64,000 bases of DNA from Halodesulfurarchaeum sp. (GTDB lineage: Archaea > Halobacteriota > Halobacteria > Halobacteriales > Halobacteriaceae), in the NCBI GenBank assembly GCA_034520565.1, contig JAXHNL010000002.1, positions 1,504,001 to 1,568,000 on the forward strand. Direction: 5' to 3'. A program made the translations under genes and the position numbers. This document shows, piece after piece, positions 31,396 through 41,159 of this stretch. The notes under the pieces are model-generated. The model worked only from the letters and a program-made list of their open reading frames with translations. It did not search any database and was not told the origin of the DNA. How positions within the stretch are numbered: the stretch's first letter is position 1; each line of letters begins with the position of its first letter.

Positions 31396-31710
31396 ATGAC
31401 GCCCTTCGAGTATCTCGTCGTCGCGCTGGTGGCTGGAGGGGTCTTTTTCTCCTTCGTCGCGGTCGTCGGTATCATCCGATTACCGGACCTGTATACCCGC
31501 GCTCACGCGACGTCCAAGAGTGACACCCTCGGAACGATCCTTTCGCTTGCCGGGGTGGCACTCGTGCTCGGATCAGACATCGCTGCAGCCAAAACAGTCT
31601 TCCTCCTGTTGTTCATGCTCATCACCAATCCGACAGCCGCTCACGCCATCACGAGAGCCGCCTACGACCAGGACATCGAACCGTGGACGACCGAGGAGGG
31701 TGATGATTAG
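31396..31710 (+). CDS. mrpG: Mrp antiporter subunit G
   Basis: RLPDLYTRAHATSKSDTLG, TNPTAAHAI. Confidence 0.92.
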   Translation: MTPFEYLVVALVAGGVFFSFVAVVGIIRLPDLYTRAHATSKSDTLGTILSLAGVALVLGSDIAAAKTVFLLLFMLITNPTAAHAITRAAYDQDIEPWTTEEGDD

Positions 31711-32247
31711 ATGGAGCTATTCCTCTTTGCCACGCTGCTTGGGTTCGTGGTCCTCGCCGCCGGTATCTCGGTCTTGCTCCGGGACGTGCTCAGTGCGATC
31801 ATCGCGCTGGCCGGGTTCAGTTTCGGGGCTGCGATCGTGTACGTCCTGCTGAGTGCACCGGACGTCGCACTCACCGAGGCAGCAGTTGGTGCCGGCGCGA
31901 CCACTGTGCTCTTTCTGGTTACCATCGTCAAAACGGTGCGGCCGAGTGGGAAACGCGTCTTTGAACACGTCAAATGGGGACCGCTGGCGCTCGTCGGCGT
32001 GCTCCTTGTGACGTTGCTCGTGACCCTTCCGGCACTTCCCTCGATCGGTGATCCGGAATCGGCTGTCGTCGTCGGCGACGTGACGACGTATTACCTCCAA
32101 AACGCCTATCCAGAAACCGGCGTCGAGAACGTCGTCACCGCAGTTCTCGCGGCGTACCGTGGATTCGACACGCTCGGCGAGGCGACAGTCGTCGTCGCCG
32201 CCGGAATCGCCGTCTTGCTCGTCCTCAGACGGGAGGTGTACGTATGA
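31711..32247 (+). CDS. Mrp antiporter subunit B-like (DUF4040 / MrpA C-terminal part)
   Basis: APDVALTEAAVGAG, NVVTAVLAAYRGFDTLGE. Confidence 0.88.
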   Translation: MELFLFATLLGFVVLAAGISVLLRDVLSAIIALAGFSFGAAIVYVLLSAPDVALTEAAVGAGATTVLFLVTIVKTVRPSGKRVFEHVKWGPLALVGVLLVTLLVTLPALPSIGDPESAVVVGDVTTYYLQNAYPETGVENVVTAVLAAYRGFDTLGEATVVVAAGIAVLLVLRREVYV

Positions 32248-32699
32248 GTAGCTCCCGTCCGCACCGGACGTACGTCGAAAGCACGATCATTATGACGACG
32301 GTCCGGCTGGTTGCCCCCTTCGTCTTTACGTTCGGCCTGTTCGTGATGTTCCACGGGGCCGAATCCGCAGGCGGTGGGTTCCAGGGCGGGGTCATTGTGG
32401 CTGCCAGTCTCATCCTCGTCGCGTTCGCGTTCGGGATCGAACCGACCCGCGAGTGGATCACGGACCGGCCGGTGCGGCTGGTAATCGCCGGCGGGGCGTT
32501 AACCTTCGTTCTCGTCGGTCTGGGAGCGCTCGTATCAGGTGGGTTGTTCCTCCAGTACGATGCCTACGAGATCCATCACGGGACGAAATACGGCATCGAA
32601 CTCGTGGAACTGGGTATCGGGGCCATCGTGTCCGGTGTGATCCTATCGCTGTTTATGAACCTGGCCGCCGGTCTCACCGAGGGAGGTGAGGAGGAATGA
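32244..32699 (+). CDS. mrpB: Mrp antiporter subunit B (MnhB domain)
   Basis: HGAESAGGGFQGG motif. Confidence 0.88.
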   Translation: MSSSRPHRTYVESTIIMTTVRLVAPFVFTFGLFVMFHGAESAGGGFQGGVIVAASLILVAFAFGIEPTREWITDRPVRLVIAGGALTFVLVGLGALVSGGLFLQYDAYEIHHGTKYGIELVELGIGAIVSGVILSLFMNLAAGLTEGGEEE

Positions 32700-33055
32700 T
32701 CGAACTCCTGATCACCCATCACACCTACGTCGCGGCGATGCTCCTCGTGGTAATTGGGCTCTATGGGGTGATCGCCAGCCCGAACTTCGTCAAGAAGGTT
32801 GTGGGCCTGAACGTCTTCCAGGTCGGTATCTTCCTGTTTTTCATCAGCAGCGGGTACATCGAGGGAGGAGCGCCACCAGTCGCTGGGCACGGGACTGAGA
32901 CCCTCGTGAGTCCCCTTCCACACGTGCTTATCCTGACCGCCATCGTCGTCGGGGTGAGTCTCACCGCCGTGGCCCTCGCCCTCATCGTCAGGATCTACGC
33001 CGAATATGGCTCTCTCGACGAGGACGTCATCCGGGAGGTGAGTATCGATGACTGA
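32696..33055 (+). CDS. mrpC: Mrp antiporter subunit C
   Basis: NFVKKVVGL, PLPHVLILTAIVVG. Confidence 0.93.
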   Translation: MIELLITHHTYVAAMLLVVIGLYGVIASPNFVKKVVGLNVFQVGIFLFFISSGYIEGGAPPVAGHGTETLVSPLPHVLILTAIVVGVSLTAVALALIVRIYAEYGSLDEDVIREVSIDD

Positions 33056-34532
33056 CACGCTCGTCCTCCTCGTCGCGGCACCGATATTTGCCGCCCTCGT
33101 TCCGATACTGTCCGGGCTCGTGGTGGAGCGATCAGGTCGATACGTGGCACTCGGATTGGCAGGCCTCCAGGTCGTCCTCGCGGGATCCGTACTCGACCAG
33201 GTACTTCGATCCGGCCGGTTCACCTACGAAGTGGGTGGGTACGTCCCGCCCTTCGGCATCGAACTCGTGGCCGACGGCGTGTCAGCGCCACTGCTCGTGC
33301 TGATCGCGTTGACGACGCTGGGGGTCGTGGTGTACTCGTTCCGGGCCGGACCACATTCTGACGCCTTCTACAGCGAGTTGCTGTTGCTGGTCGCAGGCCT
33401 TTCCGGGCTCGTTGCGACCGGGGACGTGTTCAACCTGTACGTATTTCTGGAAATTACGGGACTCGCGACCTACGCCATCGTTGCGAGTGGACAGTCTTCG
33501 GGAGCGGCATACGCCGCACTCAAGTACCTGATCGTGGGGACGATCGGGGCGTCGTTCTACCTGCTTGGTGTCGGATATCTGTTCGTCGCGACGGGCACGC
33601 TAAACATGGCCGACCTTGCACAGTCGCTCCCTGCGGTCGGATACTCGTCGCCACTGGTGCTCGCAGGCTTCGGCTTTATCGTCGTCGGACTGGCGGTGAA
33701 GGTGGCACTCTTCCCGCTTCACACCTGGCAACCGGACGCGTACGCTGAGTCCCCGCATTCGGTCAGTGCCTATATCGCTGCACTGGTCTCGACCGCGGCG
33801 GCGTATGCACTCTTCCGGATCGTCTACGGCGTGTTCACGCTCGACTTCCTGGAGGCCGTTCCACTGGCCCGGAACGCGATCCTCGGATTTGCGACGATCA
33901 GTATCGTGGTTGGCGCCGTTCTCGCGGTCCTGCAGACTGATCTCAAACGGATGCTCGCGTACTCCTCTGTCTCGCACTTCGGGCTCGTCGTCACGGCGCT
34001 CGCGATCGGGAACGAGACTGCCGTAACCGGGGGACTCATTCACCTGGTCGGTCACGGAATCATGAAGGGTGGGTTGTTCCTCGCCGTCGGCATTTTCGCC
34101 ACTGTCGCTGGAGCCAGGCGGATCGACGACTTGGCCGGGCTGGGCACCCGTCTTCCAGTCACGAGTGCGGCATTCGCAGTCCTCGCGTTCAGCATGGTCG
34201 GTGTCCCACCTGCCATCGGCTTTCCCGGGAAGTGGAACATCGTTGTGGGCGCCGTCGAAGGGGGTGAATGGGCTGTCGCGGTGGTCGTCGTCGCGAGTAC
34301 GTTGCTCACGCTCGGCTACTTCGGCCGTCTCGTCGAGCGCCTGTACTTCACACAGCCGAATTCGACGAGCGAACGGGGGATCGAGGCCGTCGCTGATGGG
34401 GGCGAGGGAATCGACCCGTCCGCACTCATGCTCGCGGTCGTCGCGGTGACTGCAGTCGTCGCCGTCGGTCTCGGGCTCGGCGTGTCGAACTTGATCGACG
34501 CCTACGAGCCCGTCCTGGAGGTGTACTTCTGA
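33048..34532 (+). CDS. mrpD: Mrp antiporter subunit D-type
   Basis: GDVFNLYVFLEI, KVALFPLHTWQPDAY, LKRMLAYSS. Confidence 0.92.
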   Translation: MTDTLVLLVAAPIFAALVPILSGLVVERSGRYVALGLAGLQVVLAGSVLDQVLRSGRFTYEVGGYVPPFGIELVADGVSAPLLVLIALTTLGVVVYSFRAGPHSDAFYSELLLLVAGLSGLVATGDVFNLYVFLEITGLATYAIVASGQSSGAAYAALKYLIVGTIGASFYLLGVGYLFVATGTLNMADLAQSLPAVGYSSPLVLAGFGFIVVGLAVKVALFPLHTWQPDAYAESPHSVSAYIAALVSTAAAYALFRIVYGVFTLDFLEAVPLARNAILGFATISIVVGAVLAVLQTDLKRMLAYSSVSHFGLVVTALAIGNETAVTGGLIHLVGHGIMKGGLFLAVGIFATVAGARRIDDLAGLGTRLPVTSAAFAVLAFSMVGVPPAIGFPGKWNIVVGAVEGGEWAVAVVVVASTLLTLGYFGRLVERLYFTQPNSTSERGIEAVADGGEGIDPSALMLAVVAVTAVVAVGLGLGVSNLIDAYEPVLEVYF

Positions 34533-36220
34533 TGAGTAGTGTCACGTCGCTCCTGCCCCTCGCGGCAGTCGGAACGCCGATCGTCGGTATCGTCGCCATC
34601 ATCGCTGCACGCCGACAGCCGAACGTCCGTGAGGGTTTCACCATTCTCACGGCCGTCACCACGCTGCTTCTCGTGGCGAGTATGGTTCCAACCGTGCTGG
34701 CCGGGAACGTCCCGACTACTTCGTTGGGGTCGTTCGTCCCCGGCGTGGAATTCGTGCTCCGAGCTGACCCGTTGGGAATGGTGTTCGGATTGCTCGCCAG
34801 TTTCCTGTGGCTCGTCACGAGTTTCTACAGCATCGGGTACATGCGGGGACTCGACGAGCACTCCCAGACCCGGTATTACGCAGCATTCGCGGGCAGTATT
34901 GCCTCTGCAGTCGGGGTGGCGTTCGCGTCGAATCTGATCGTCCTCTACGTGTTCTACGAACTGCTGACCGTGGCGACGTATCCGCTGGTTGCCCACGACG
35001 AGACCGAGGAGGCCCGAACTGCCGGTCGGAAGTACCTCGCCTACACCTTCGGTGGCGGGGTTGCGGCACTGGCCGGGACGGCGCTCCTGTTCGTCGCGAC
35101 TGGGACGATCGCCTTCACCCCGGGCGGGATCGCGGAGTTGGGTGTCGTCGATCCGGTGATGGGAAAGGTTATCTTTGCCTTGCTCGCCGGTGGATTCGGC
35201 GTCAAGGCCGCGCTCATGCCAGTTCACTCGTGGCTCCCCGACGCGATGGTGGCGCCGACCCCCGTCTCGGGGCTGCTCCACGCGGTGGCGGTCGTCAAAA
35301 GCGGCGTATTCGCGATCGCGCGGGTCGTTCTCGACGTCTTCGGCCCGGTACAGATGTCCGAGTTCGGGCTCGGTTTGCCGCTGGCCATCGTCGCGGGACT
35401 GACGATCGTCATCGCGAGCGTGATCGCCTTGCGACAGGACAACCTCAAACGCCGGTTGGCCTACTCGACGATCAGTCAACTCTCCTATATCGTCCTTGGA
35501 CTGGCGCTGCTCTCGCCGGCCGCGCTCGTGGGTGGGTTGCTCCACATTCCCGCTCACGCGTTCATGAAACTCACGCTGTTCTTCGCTGCCGGTGTGATCC
35601 ACGTCGAAACCCACACCGACGACATCAGCGACATGGTCGGGATCGGCCGGCGAATGCCCTTGACGATGATCGCCTTCGGCGTGGCGAGCGTCGGCATGGC
35701 TGGCTTGCCACTCGTTGCCGGCTTCGTCAGCAAGTGGTATCTCCTCATCGGGAGCGTGGACGCCGGTAAAACGGTTTTCGTCCTCGTGCTCCTCACCTCC
35801 GGACTGCTCAATATCGCGTACTTCTGGCCGATCGTCTACCAGGCGTTCTTCCAGACGCCCGCAACCGCCGATTCCAAGCCGGTCATCGAGGGCCCCTTCG
35901 GCGGGAACCCCACGCGGACGGACGGTGGTTCCCCCGACCGGCCGGAGGCAGGAACCTATGCGGTCGATCGAAACCCGAGCGATATTGATCGGGACGATGG
36001 GGCTGGGGGAGACGCCGAACATCACGACGACCACCACGGCGGTGCCCCACCCGGCGGGTGGGAATCACGCTCGATTTTCACCGAGAGCACGTGGTTCATG
36101 CTTGGCCCGATCGTCGTCGCCGTGAGCGGTGCCGTCGTGCTCGGGATCGTCCCCCACGGGGCGATCTTCCTCGAGTTGATCTTTGACATCGTCGCGAACG
36201 CGACGGGGGTGGCCTTCTAA
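34532..36220 (+). CDS. Mrp antiporter subunit D/A-type
   Basis: KAALMPVHSWLPDAMVAPTPVSGLLHAV, LKRRLAYST; His/Asp-rich insert near C-terminus. Confidence 0.9.
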   Translation: MSSVTSLLPLAAVGTPIVGIVAIIAARRQPNVREGFTILTAVTTLLLVASMVPTVLAGNVPTTSLGSFVPGVEFVLRADPLGMVFGLLASFLWLVTSFYSIGYMRGLDEHSQTRYYAAFAGSIASAVGVAFASNLIVLYVFYELLTVATYPLVAHDETEEARTAGRKYLAYTFGGGVAALAGTALLFVATGTIAFTPGGIAELGVVDPVMGKVIFALLAGGFGVKAALMPVHSWLPDAMVAPTPVSGLLHAVAVVKSGVFAIARVVLDVFGPVQMSEFGLGLPLAIVAGLTIVIASVIALRQDNLKRRLAYSTISQLSYIVLGLALLSPAALVGGLLHIPAHAFMKLTLFFAAGVIHVETHTDDISDMVGIGRRMPLTMIAFGVASVGMAGLPLVAGFVSKWYLLIGSVDAGKTVFVLVLLTSGLLNIAYFWPIVYQAFFQTPATADSKPVIEGPFGGNPTRTDGGSPDRPEAGTYAVDRNPSDIDRDDGAGGDAEHHDDHHGGAPPGGWESRSIFTESTWFMLGPIVVAVSGAVVLGIVPHGAIFLELIFDIVANATGVAF

Positions 36221-37959
36221 TGGAACTCGTTTCTGTCGTGCCACCGGCCTTCGTCGTCCTGGCGGTGGCCGTCCTGTTGCCGTTTCTTCCCCGTCGGTTC
36301 GGTCACGCACTTGGGGTCATCGCGACGGCGGGCGCGTCGGTGTGGTCGCTGCTGGTTCCAGCGGGTATCCACGTCCCGATGCAGTTCCTCGGGTTCGAAG
36401 CGATCCTGTTGCAGGTCGACACGCTCTCCCGGCTCATGGGCGTCATTTTCGGCCTTATCGGGGCCGCAGCCGTCCTCTATTCGTACTCGTCGAACGCCGA
36501 GAACCGACAGACCGCGTTCGCCCTGGGCTACGTCGGGACCAGTCTCGGCGCAGTCTTCGCCGGCGACTGGCTGACGATGGTGTTCTTCTGGGAGTTGATG
36601 GCGGTGACGAGCACGCTCCTGGTCTGGGATTACGGTGGCGAGGCTGTCAGGGCGGGCTTTCGGTACGCGATCTACCACGGTCTCGGCGGGAGTTTGCTGA
36701 TGGCCGCGGTCGTGTGGCACTACACCGAAGTGGGCTCGTTCCTCTTCAGCGCGAGTGACGGAATCGTCCCCGGCGTCCCAACCGCGCTCGCGGCAATCGG
36801 CATCGGGGTCAACGTCGGATTCGTCGGGCTGCACACCTGGCTTCCGGACACGTATCCGCGGCCACACGTCGCCGCGAGTGTCTTCCTCTCGGTCTACACG
36901 ACGAAGACCGGCGTGTACGGACTCGCTCGCGCCTTCCCGGACGGCCAGATCGCGATCGCCTACATGGGCGCGGCGATGGCCATGATCGGCGTGATATACG
37001 CGCTCCTCCAGAACGACATGCGCCGGCTGCTCTCCTATCACATTCAGTCACAGGTCGGGTACATGGTCGCCGGGGTCGGGATCGGGACCGCGCTGGCGAC
37101 GGCCGGTGCCTTCGCGCACGTGTTCAATCACATCCTCTACAAGGCGCTCCTGTTCATGACTGCGGGCGTAATCATTGCACGGACTGGTAAACAACACCTG
37201 GACCAGTTGGGAAAACTCCGGGGATACCTCCCCTTCACGGCCCTTGCCTTCACGATCGCCGCACTTTCGATCAGTGGGTTCCCCGGGTTCAACGGCTTCG
37301 TGAGCAAGGGGATGATCACGGCTGCCGCTCACGAGGAACACCTCACGGTGATCTACTACTTGCTCATGGCCGCCGGCGTGGGTACCTTCATGTCGTTCAT
37401 CAAGTTCGGCTACTACGCCTTCTTCCACGACCACGGACAGACCTACGACGTCGAGTTCTCGGCGTGGGGCCAGCGGATTTCGATGCTTTTCGTCGCCGCG
37501 CTGACGATCCTCTTCGGGCTCTTCCCGGAGTACCTCTTCCAGATCCTCCCGGGAAGCACGGCCGGTGCCCATCCGTTCACGACGAGCCACATCACCGAAG
37601 GCCTGATTCTGGCAGGACTGGGGGTGCTCGGTTTCGTCCTCGTCAAAAAGCCACTTTCGAAGATCGGTCGGGTGCCGGACGTCGATCGGCTGATCAATCC
37701 GACCGCCTTCTACGGAACACGAACCGTCGTCCGCGGGGTCACTGAGACCTACGCCGCCGTGGATCGAGTCGTCGCCGGTGGTGCTTACGGCATCGCGGGG
37801 ACGCTTTCGAACCCGTATTCACTGCTCACGCACCTTCGCCGCTCGCTCACGGAAATGGAGCAACCGGTCAAGCCGGGCAGTTTCCGGTCCACCATCGCGG
37901 CGAGTATCGTGCTGCTGGTCGTCGTTCTCAGTGGTGTCTTGATCGGACTGCTTCTCTAA
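36220..37959 (+). CDS. Mrp antiporter subunit D/A-type
   Basis: FFWELMA, LHTWLPDTYP, MRRLLSYH, GFNGFVSK. Confidence 0.9.
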   Translation: MELVSVVPPAFVVLAVAVLLPFLPRRFGHALGVIATAGASVWSLLVPAGIHVPMQFLGFEAILLQVDTLSRLMGVIFGLIGAAAVLYSYSSNAENRQTAFALGYVGTSLGAVFAGDWLTMVFFWELMAVTSTLLVWDYGGEAVRAGFRYAIYHGLGGSLLMAAVVWHYTEVGSFLFSASDGIVPGVPTALAAIGIGVNVGFVGLHTWLPDTYPRPHVAASVFLSVYTTKTGVYGLARAFPDGQIAIAYMGAAMAMIGVIYALLQNDMRRLLSYHIQSQVGYMVAGVGIGTALATAGAFAHVFNHILYKALLFMTAGVIIARTGKQHLDQLGKLRGYLPFTALAFTIAALSISGFPGFNGFVSKGMITAAAHEEHLTVIYYLLMAAGVGTFMSFIKFGYYAFFHDHGQTYDVEFSAWGQRISMLFVAALTILFGLFPEYLFQILPGSTAGAHPFTTSHITEGLILAGLGVLGFVLVKKPLSKIGRVPDVDRLINPTAFYGTRTVVRGVTETYAAVDRVVAGGAYGIAGTLSNPYSLLTHLRRSLTEMEQPVKPGSFRSTIAASIVLLVVVLSGVLIGLLL

Positions 37960-39102
37960 AGAGCGCCACCGAGTGCTTCGGCGATTCGAAGCCCGAGATC
38001 GGCCTTCGACCCCTCGAAGGATTGTGTCTCCCCGTCGAAAACGAGTTCCGCGCCGGTCGACGCTGCACCCATCGCTTCGATTTCGTTCGCGACGACGAAC
38101 GCCATTTCGACCCGATTCAACAGTTCACGAGCGGTCTCGGGGAGTGCGTCCGGGTCGCTCTCCAGTTTGAACCCGACGATCGGAAGTGATGGCCGAGCCT
38201 CCCGCACGGCGTCGACGAGTTTTCTCGTTGGTTTCAGTTCCAGCGTTCGTTTCCGCCCCGAAGGCAACTTTTCTGGGGCCGTTTCAACCGTGTAATCCGA
38301 AATCGCCGCCGCCGAAACGAGTGCGTCGGCGTTCTCGACGGCATCGAGTGTCGCCGCAGTCATTTCCGCGGCCGTTTCGACCGAACGGACTGTCGCATAC
38401 GAGACCTCGCCGTCGGGATGAACGAGCGTGACGTCCCCACCCATGGCGTAGATTCCCCGGGCAACGGCCCGGCCAGTTCGCCCACTTGCGCGGTTCGTGA
38501 GGACCCGAACTGGATCGATCGGTTCTGCAGTTGCGCCACTCGTGACGACGACGTGAGACCCGGCGAGCGGAGACGGTGGAGTGGCCCTGGCGGTTTCGAG
38601 GGCGATCGTCTCCGCCGCGGCGATTTTCGCCTTCCCCTCCTCGACACGGGGTGGAATCACGGTGACGCCCCACCGCTCGAGGGTTTCGAGGTTCTCGTCC
38701 ACGCCGGGGTGGTCGAACATTCCCTCGTGCATCGCCGGGGCGAGGACGACCGGGATGCCCGCACCGAGGGCGGTGGTGACCGCCGTGGTCACCGGCGTGT
38801 CGTCGATTCCGCCGGCGATCTTGCCGATGGTGTTGGCCGTCGCCGGGGCGATCAGGCAGACGTCGGCCCAGCCGTCCTTGCCACAGAGTTCGACGTGCTC
38901 GACGTTTCCGGTGAGTTCGGTTACCACCTCCGCGTCGGTCGCGTAGGTAACCGCGTCCGGGTGAACGATCCCCCGTGCGGCGTCGGTCATGACGGCCCGG
39001 ACCGTCGCGCCGCGCCGCCGGAGTTCGTGGCGCCATTTCGACGACCGTCACGGCGGCGACACTCCCGGTAACCCCCAGTGCCACGTTCGTCCCGTCGAGC
39101 AT
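37956..39102 (-). CDS. coaBC: Bifunctional phosphopantothenoylcysteine decarboxylase/ligase; +1 frameshift near 39030
   Basis: MLDGTNVALGVTGSVAA (ORF 38284..39102) joins PATANT, PAMH, EPIDPVRVLTNRASG, VGFKLE (ORF 37956..38990) if one C is removed (EMAHELRRRG). Confidence 0.92.
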
Positions 39103-39210
39103 GATACGACGGCTTGGAGTTCGTGGGGGATAAATCTGCGCGAAAGCCGGCAGTCGACTCGGCCGAATCCGTCGGCAGGTTCTTTGGGCCCCGATCCGGT
39201 AGGACCGACC

Positions 39211-39690
39211 GTGAAACGAATCGAGGTCTCCCGACAGGTGAATCGGTCACCTGCCGTCGTTTTTGCTGCAGTTCGGGATTTCAGCACATATCCGGCGTAT
39301 TCCGACTATTTGAAAGATGTCACACCGGACGGTGACGGAGCGCCCGGGACGGAGTACGATCTCGCGGTCCACGTTTTGGGCCTCTCGTTCGACGTCCGGA
39401 CTCGACTCGACCAGTTGGAGCCACCTCGACGGATCGAATGGTCGGTTCTCGGCGATGTCGAAGCCGTCGGCCGGTGGCTCGTCACGCCGGTCGGTGATGA
39501 AACCGCCTCGAAAATCGATCTCGTTCTCGAGTACGACCCGAATTCCATCGATTCGAGCGTCGTATCGCTCCCGCTCGGAATGACTTTTTCGTGGCTCACG
39601 GACAGGGCCGAGGCGCTTGCCGAGCGAGAAGCTGGAGCCGTTCTCGATCGGCTCGTGGCCGATATCGAACGGGAAGGGGTTCGAGATTAA
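39211..39690 (+). CDS. SRPBCC (START-like) family protein
   Basis: VF..VRDFSTYPAY, PPRRIEW, GRWLV pattern; GTG start inferred. Confidence 0.78.
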   Translation: MKRIEVSRQVNRSPAVVFAAVRDFSTYPAYSDYLKDVTPDGDGAPGTEYDLAVHVLGLSFDVRTRLDQLEPPRRIEWSVLGDVEAVGRWLVTPVGDETASKIDLVLEYDPNSIDSSVVSLPLGMTFSWLTDRAEALAEREAGAVLDRLVADIEREGVRD

Positions 39691-40751
39691 CGATCGCGCT
39701 CGATGACGTAGTGGGTGAAATCGTCCAGCGAGGCTTTGACCTCGGGATCGAGGTCCAGGCCCTTGAGGTGTGATCTGGCATCCGCGGCCAGTTCCTCGGC
39801 CGTTTCGCGGGCGTGGTCGACACTGTTCGTCTCCTGGAGTAGTTCGAGAACCGCCATGATTTCGTCGTCCGTGACCGATTCGGCATCCAGCGTCGATTCG
39901 AGTCGCTCGCGGTCCCCCGGATCGGCGTTCCGGAGCGCGTGAATCACGAGCAGCGTTCGTTTTCCCTCCCGGATGTCGTTGCCGAAGGCCTTCCCGAACT
40001 CGCCGGCCTCGTCGAGCGAGTTTTTCACGTCGAGGATGTCGTCGCCGATCTGGAAGGCGATCGAGAGCGATTCGGCATAAGCCGCAAAGGCGTTTTCGAC
40101 GGTGTCGGGTTGGTCCGTGACGAGTGCGGCGAGTCGGCCGGCGATTCGCCCCAGGCAACCGGTCTTGCACGCGCTCATTTCGAGGTACTGCTCTTCACTG
40201 ATCCGGACGTTCGGCGTGTTGTGCCAGACGATGTCGGTTCCCTGTCCGAGATGTGTGCGGTTGAGTTCGAAGGTCAGCATCTCGTAGATCGCCAGCTGTT
40301 GGGTGGGTTCGAGTTCCGCCGGGTTCTGGGAGACGATCTTGAGGGGGACGAAGTAGAGGGCGTTACCCGCGTTTAGCGCGATGTCAGTCCCGTACCGAAG
40401 GTGGATAGCCTCCTCGCCGCGTCGGAGGGTGGCGTCGTCCTCGACGTCGTCGACGATGATGGTTCCCGTGTGGAGGATTTCCGGGATCGTCGCATAGGGA
40501 AGGTACTGCTCGGGATCCGCCCCGAGCGCGCGGACGAGTTCGAGAAAGAGCACCGGCCGCCACCGCTTTCCGCCTCGGTCGAGCAGGTCCCAGACCGGTT
40601 CGAAGAGGGCCTGCTCGATCGCGGTCGTGTCGTATTCGAACCGGGGCTCCCCGAACAACTCGGCCAGCTTCTCGTCGGTGATCGTCCGTGGCAGCAACGT
40701 GGCGATCTCTCGATCCACGTCCGTCCGCCACGCAGTCAACGCATCCCGCAT
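39687..40751 (-). CDS. Trans-polyprenyl diphosphate synthase, probably medium/long chain
   Basis: GGKRWRP, HTGTIIVDDVEDD (FARM), GQGTD, KTG, FQIGDDILD (SARM), DIREGKRT. Confidence 0.9.
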   Translation of the reverse strand: MRDALTAWRTDVDREIATLLPRTITDEKLAELFGEPRFEYDTTAIEQALFEPVWDLLDRGGKRWRPVLFLELVRALGADPEQYLPYATIPEILHTGTIIVDDVEDDATLRRGEEAIHLRYGTDIALNAGNALYFVPLKIVSQNPAELEPTQQLAIYEMLTFELNRTHLGQGTDIVWHNTPNVRISEEQYLEMSACKTGCLGRIAGRLAALVTDQPDTVENAFAAYAESLSIAFQIGDDILDVKNSLDEAGEFGKAFGNDIREGKRTLLVIHALRNADPGDRERLESTLDAESVTDDEIMAVLELLQETNSVDHARETAEELAADARSHLKGLDLDPEVKASLDDFTHYVIERDR

Positions 40752-40863
40752 GTCACGGAAGTGGCCTGCAGTGACCAAAAAACTTGAGTTCCCCGTTTTC
40801 CGATGTCGACTCCGTTCCCGACCGTTTCACAATTCTTTTTTGATTGGGCCGGAACTCGGGTAT

Positions 40864-41118
40864 ATGACCGTTGAAGAGGATCTCCGTGCGGAATTCGTCG
40901 CAGCGTTCGAAGACGCCGAGTACCCGGTCACGGGCCAGATGGATCTCGTCCCTGCATTGCCAAAGGGTCCGCGAACCACGTTCGAGGCCGGTGAGCGATC
41001 CTTTTCGGTTATGGAACTCGCGACGAAACTCGGCGCTCACGCCGACTTTCCCTACGACGACGTGGACTCGCTCGTCGACGATATTATGGCTGCACTCCGG
41101 GAGGAAGGCGAACTGTAG
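40864..41118 (+). CDS. MTH865-like small protein
   Basis: AFEDAEYPVTGQMDLVPALPKGPRT..FPY pattern. Confidence 0.8.
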   Translation: MTVEEDLRAEFVAAFEDAEYPVTGQMDLVPALPKGPRTTFEAGERSFSVMELATKLGAHADFPYDDVDSLVDDIMAALREEGEL

Positions 41119-41159
41119 TCCCATTCACGGACTCGGTCCGGTGCTGGCCGGATGACCGG

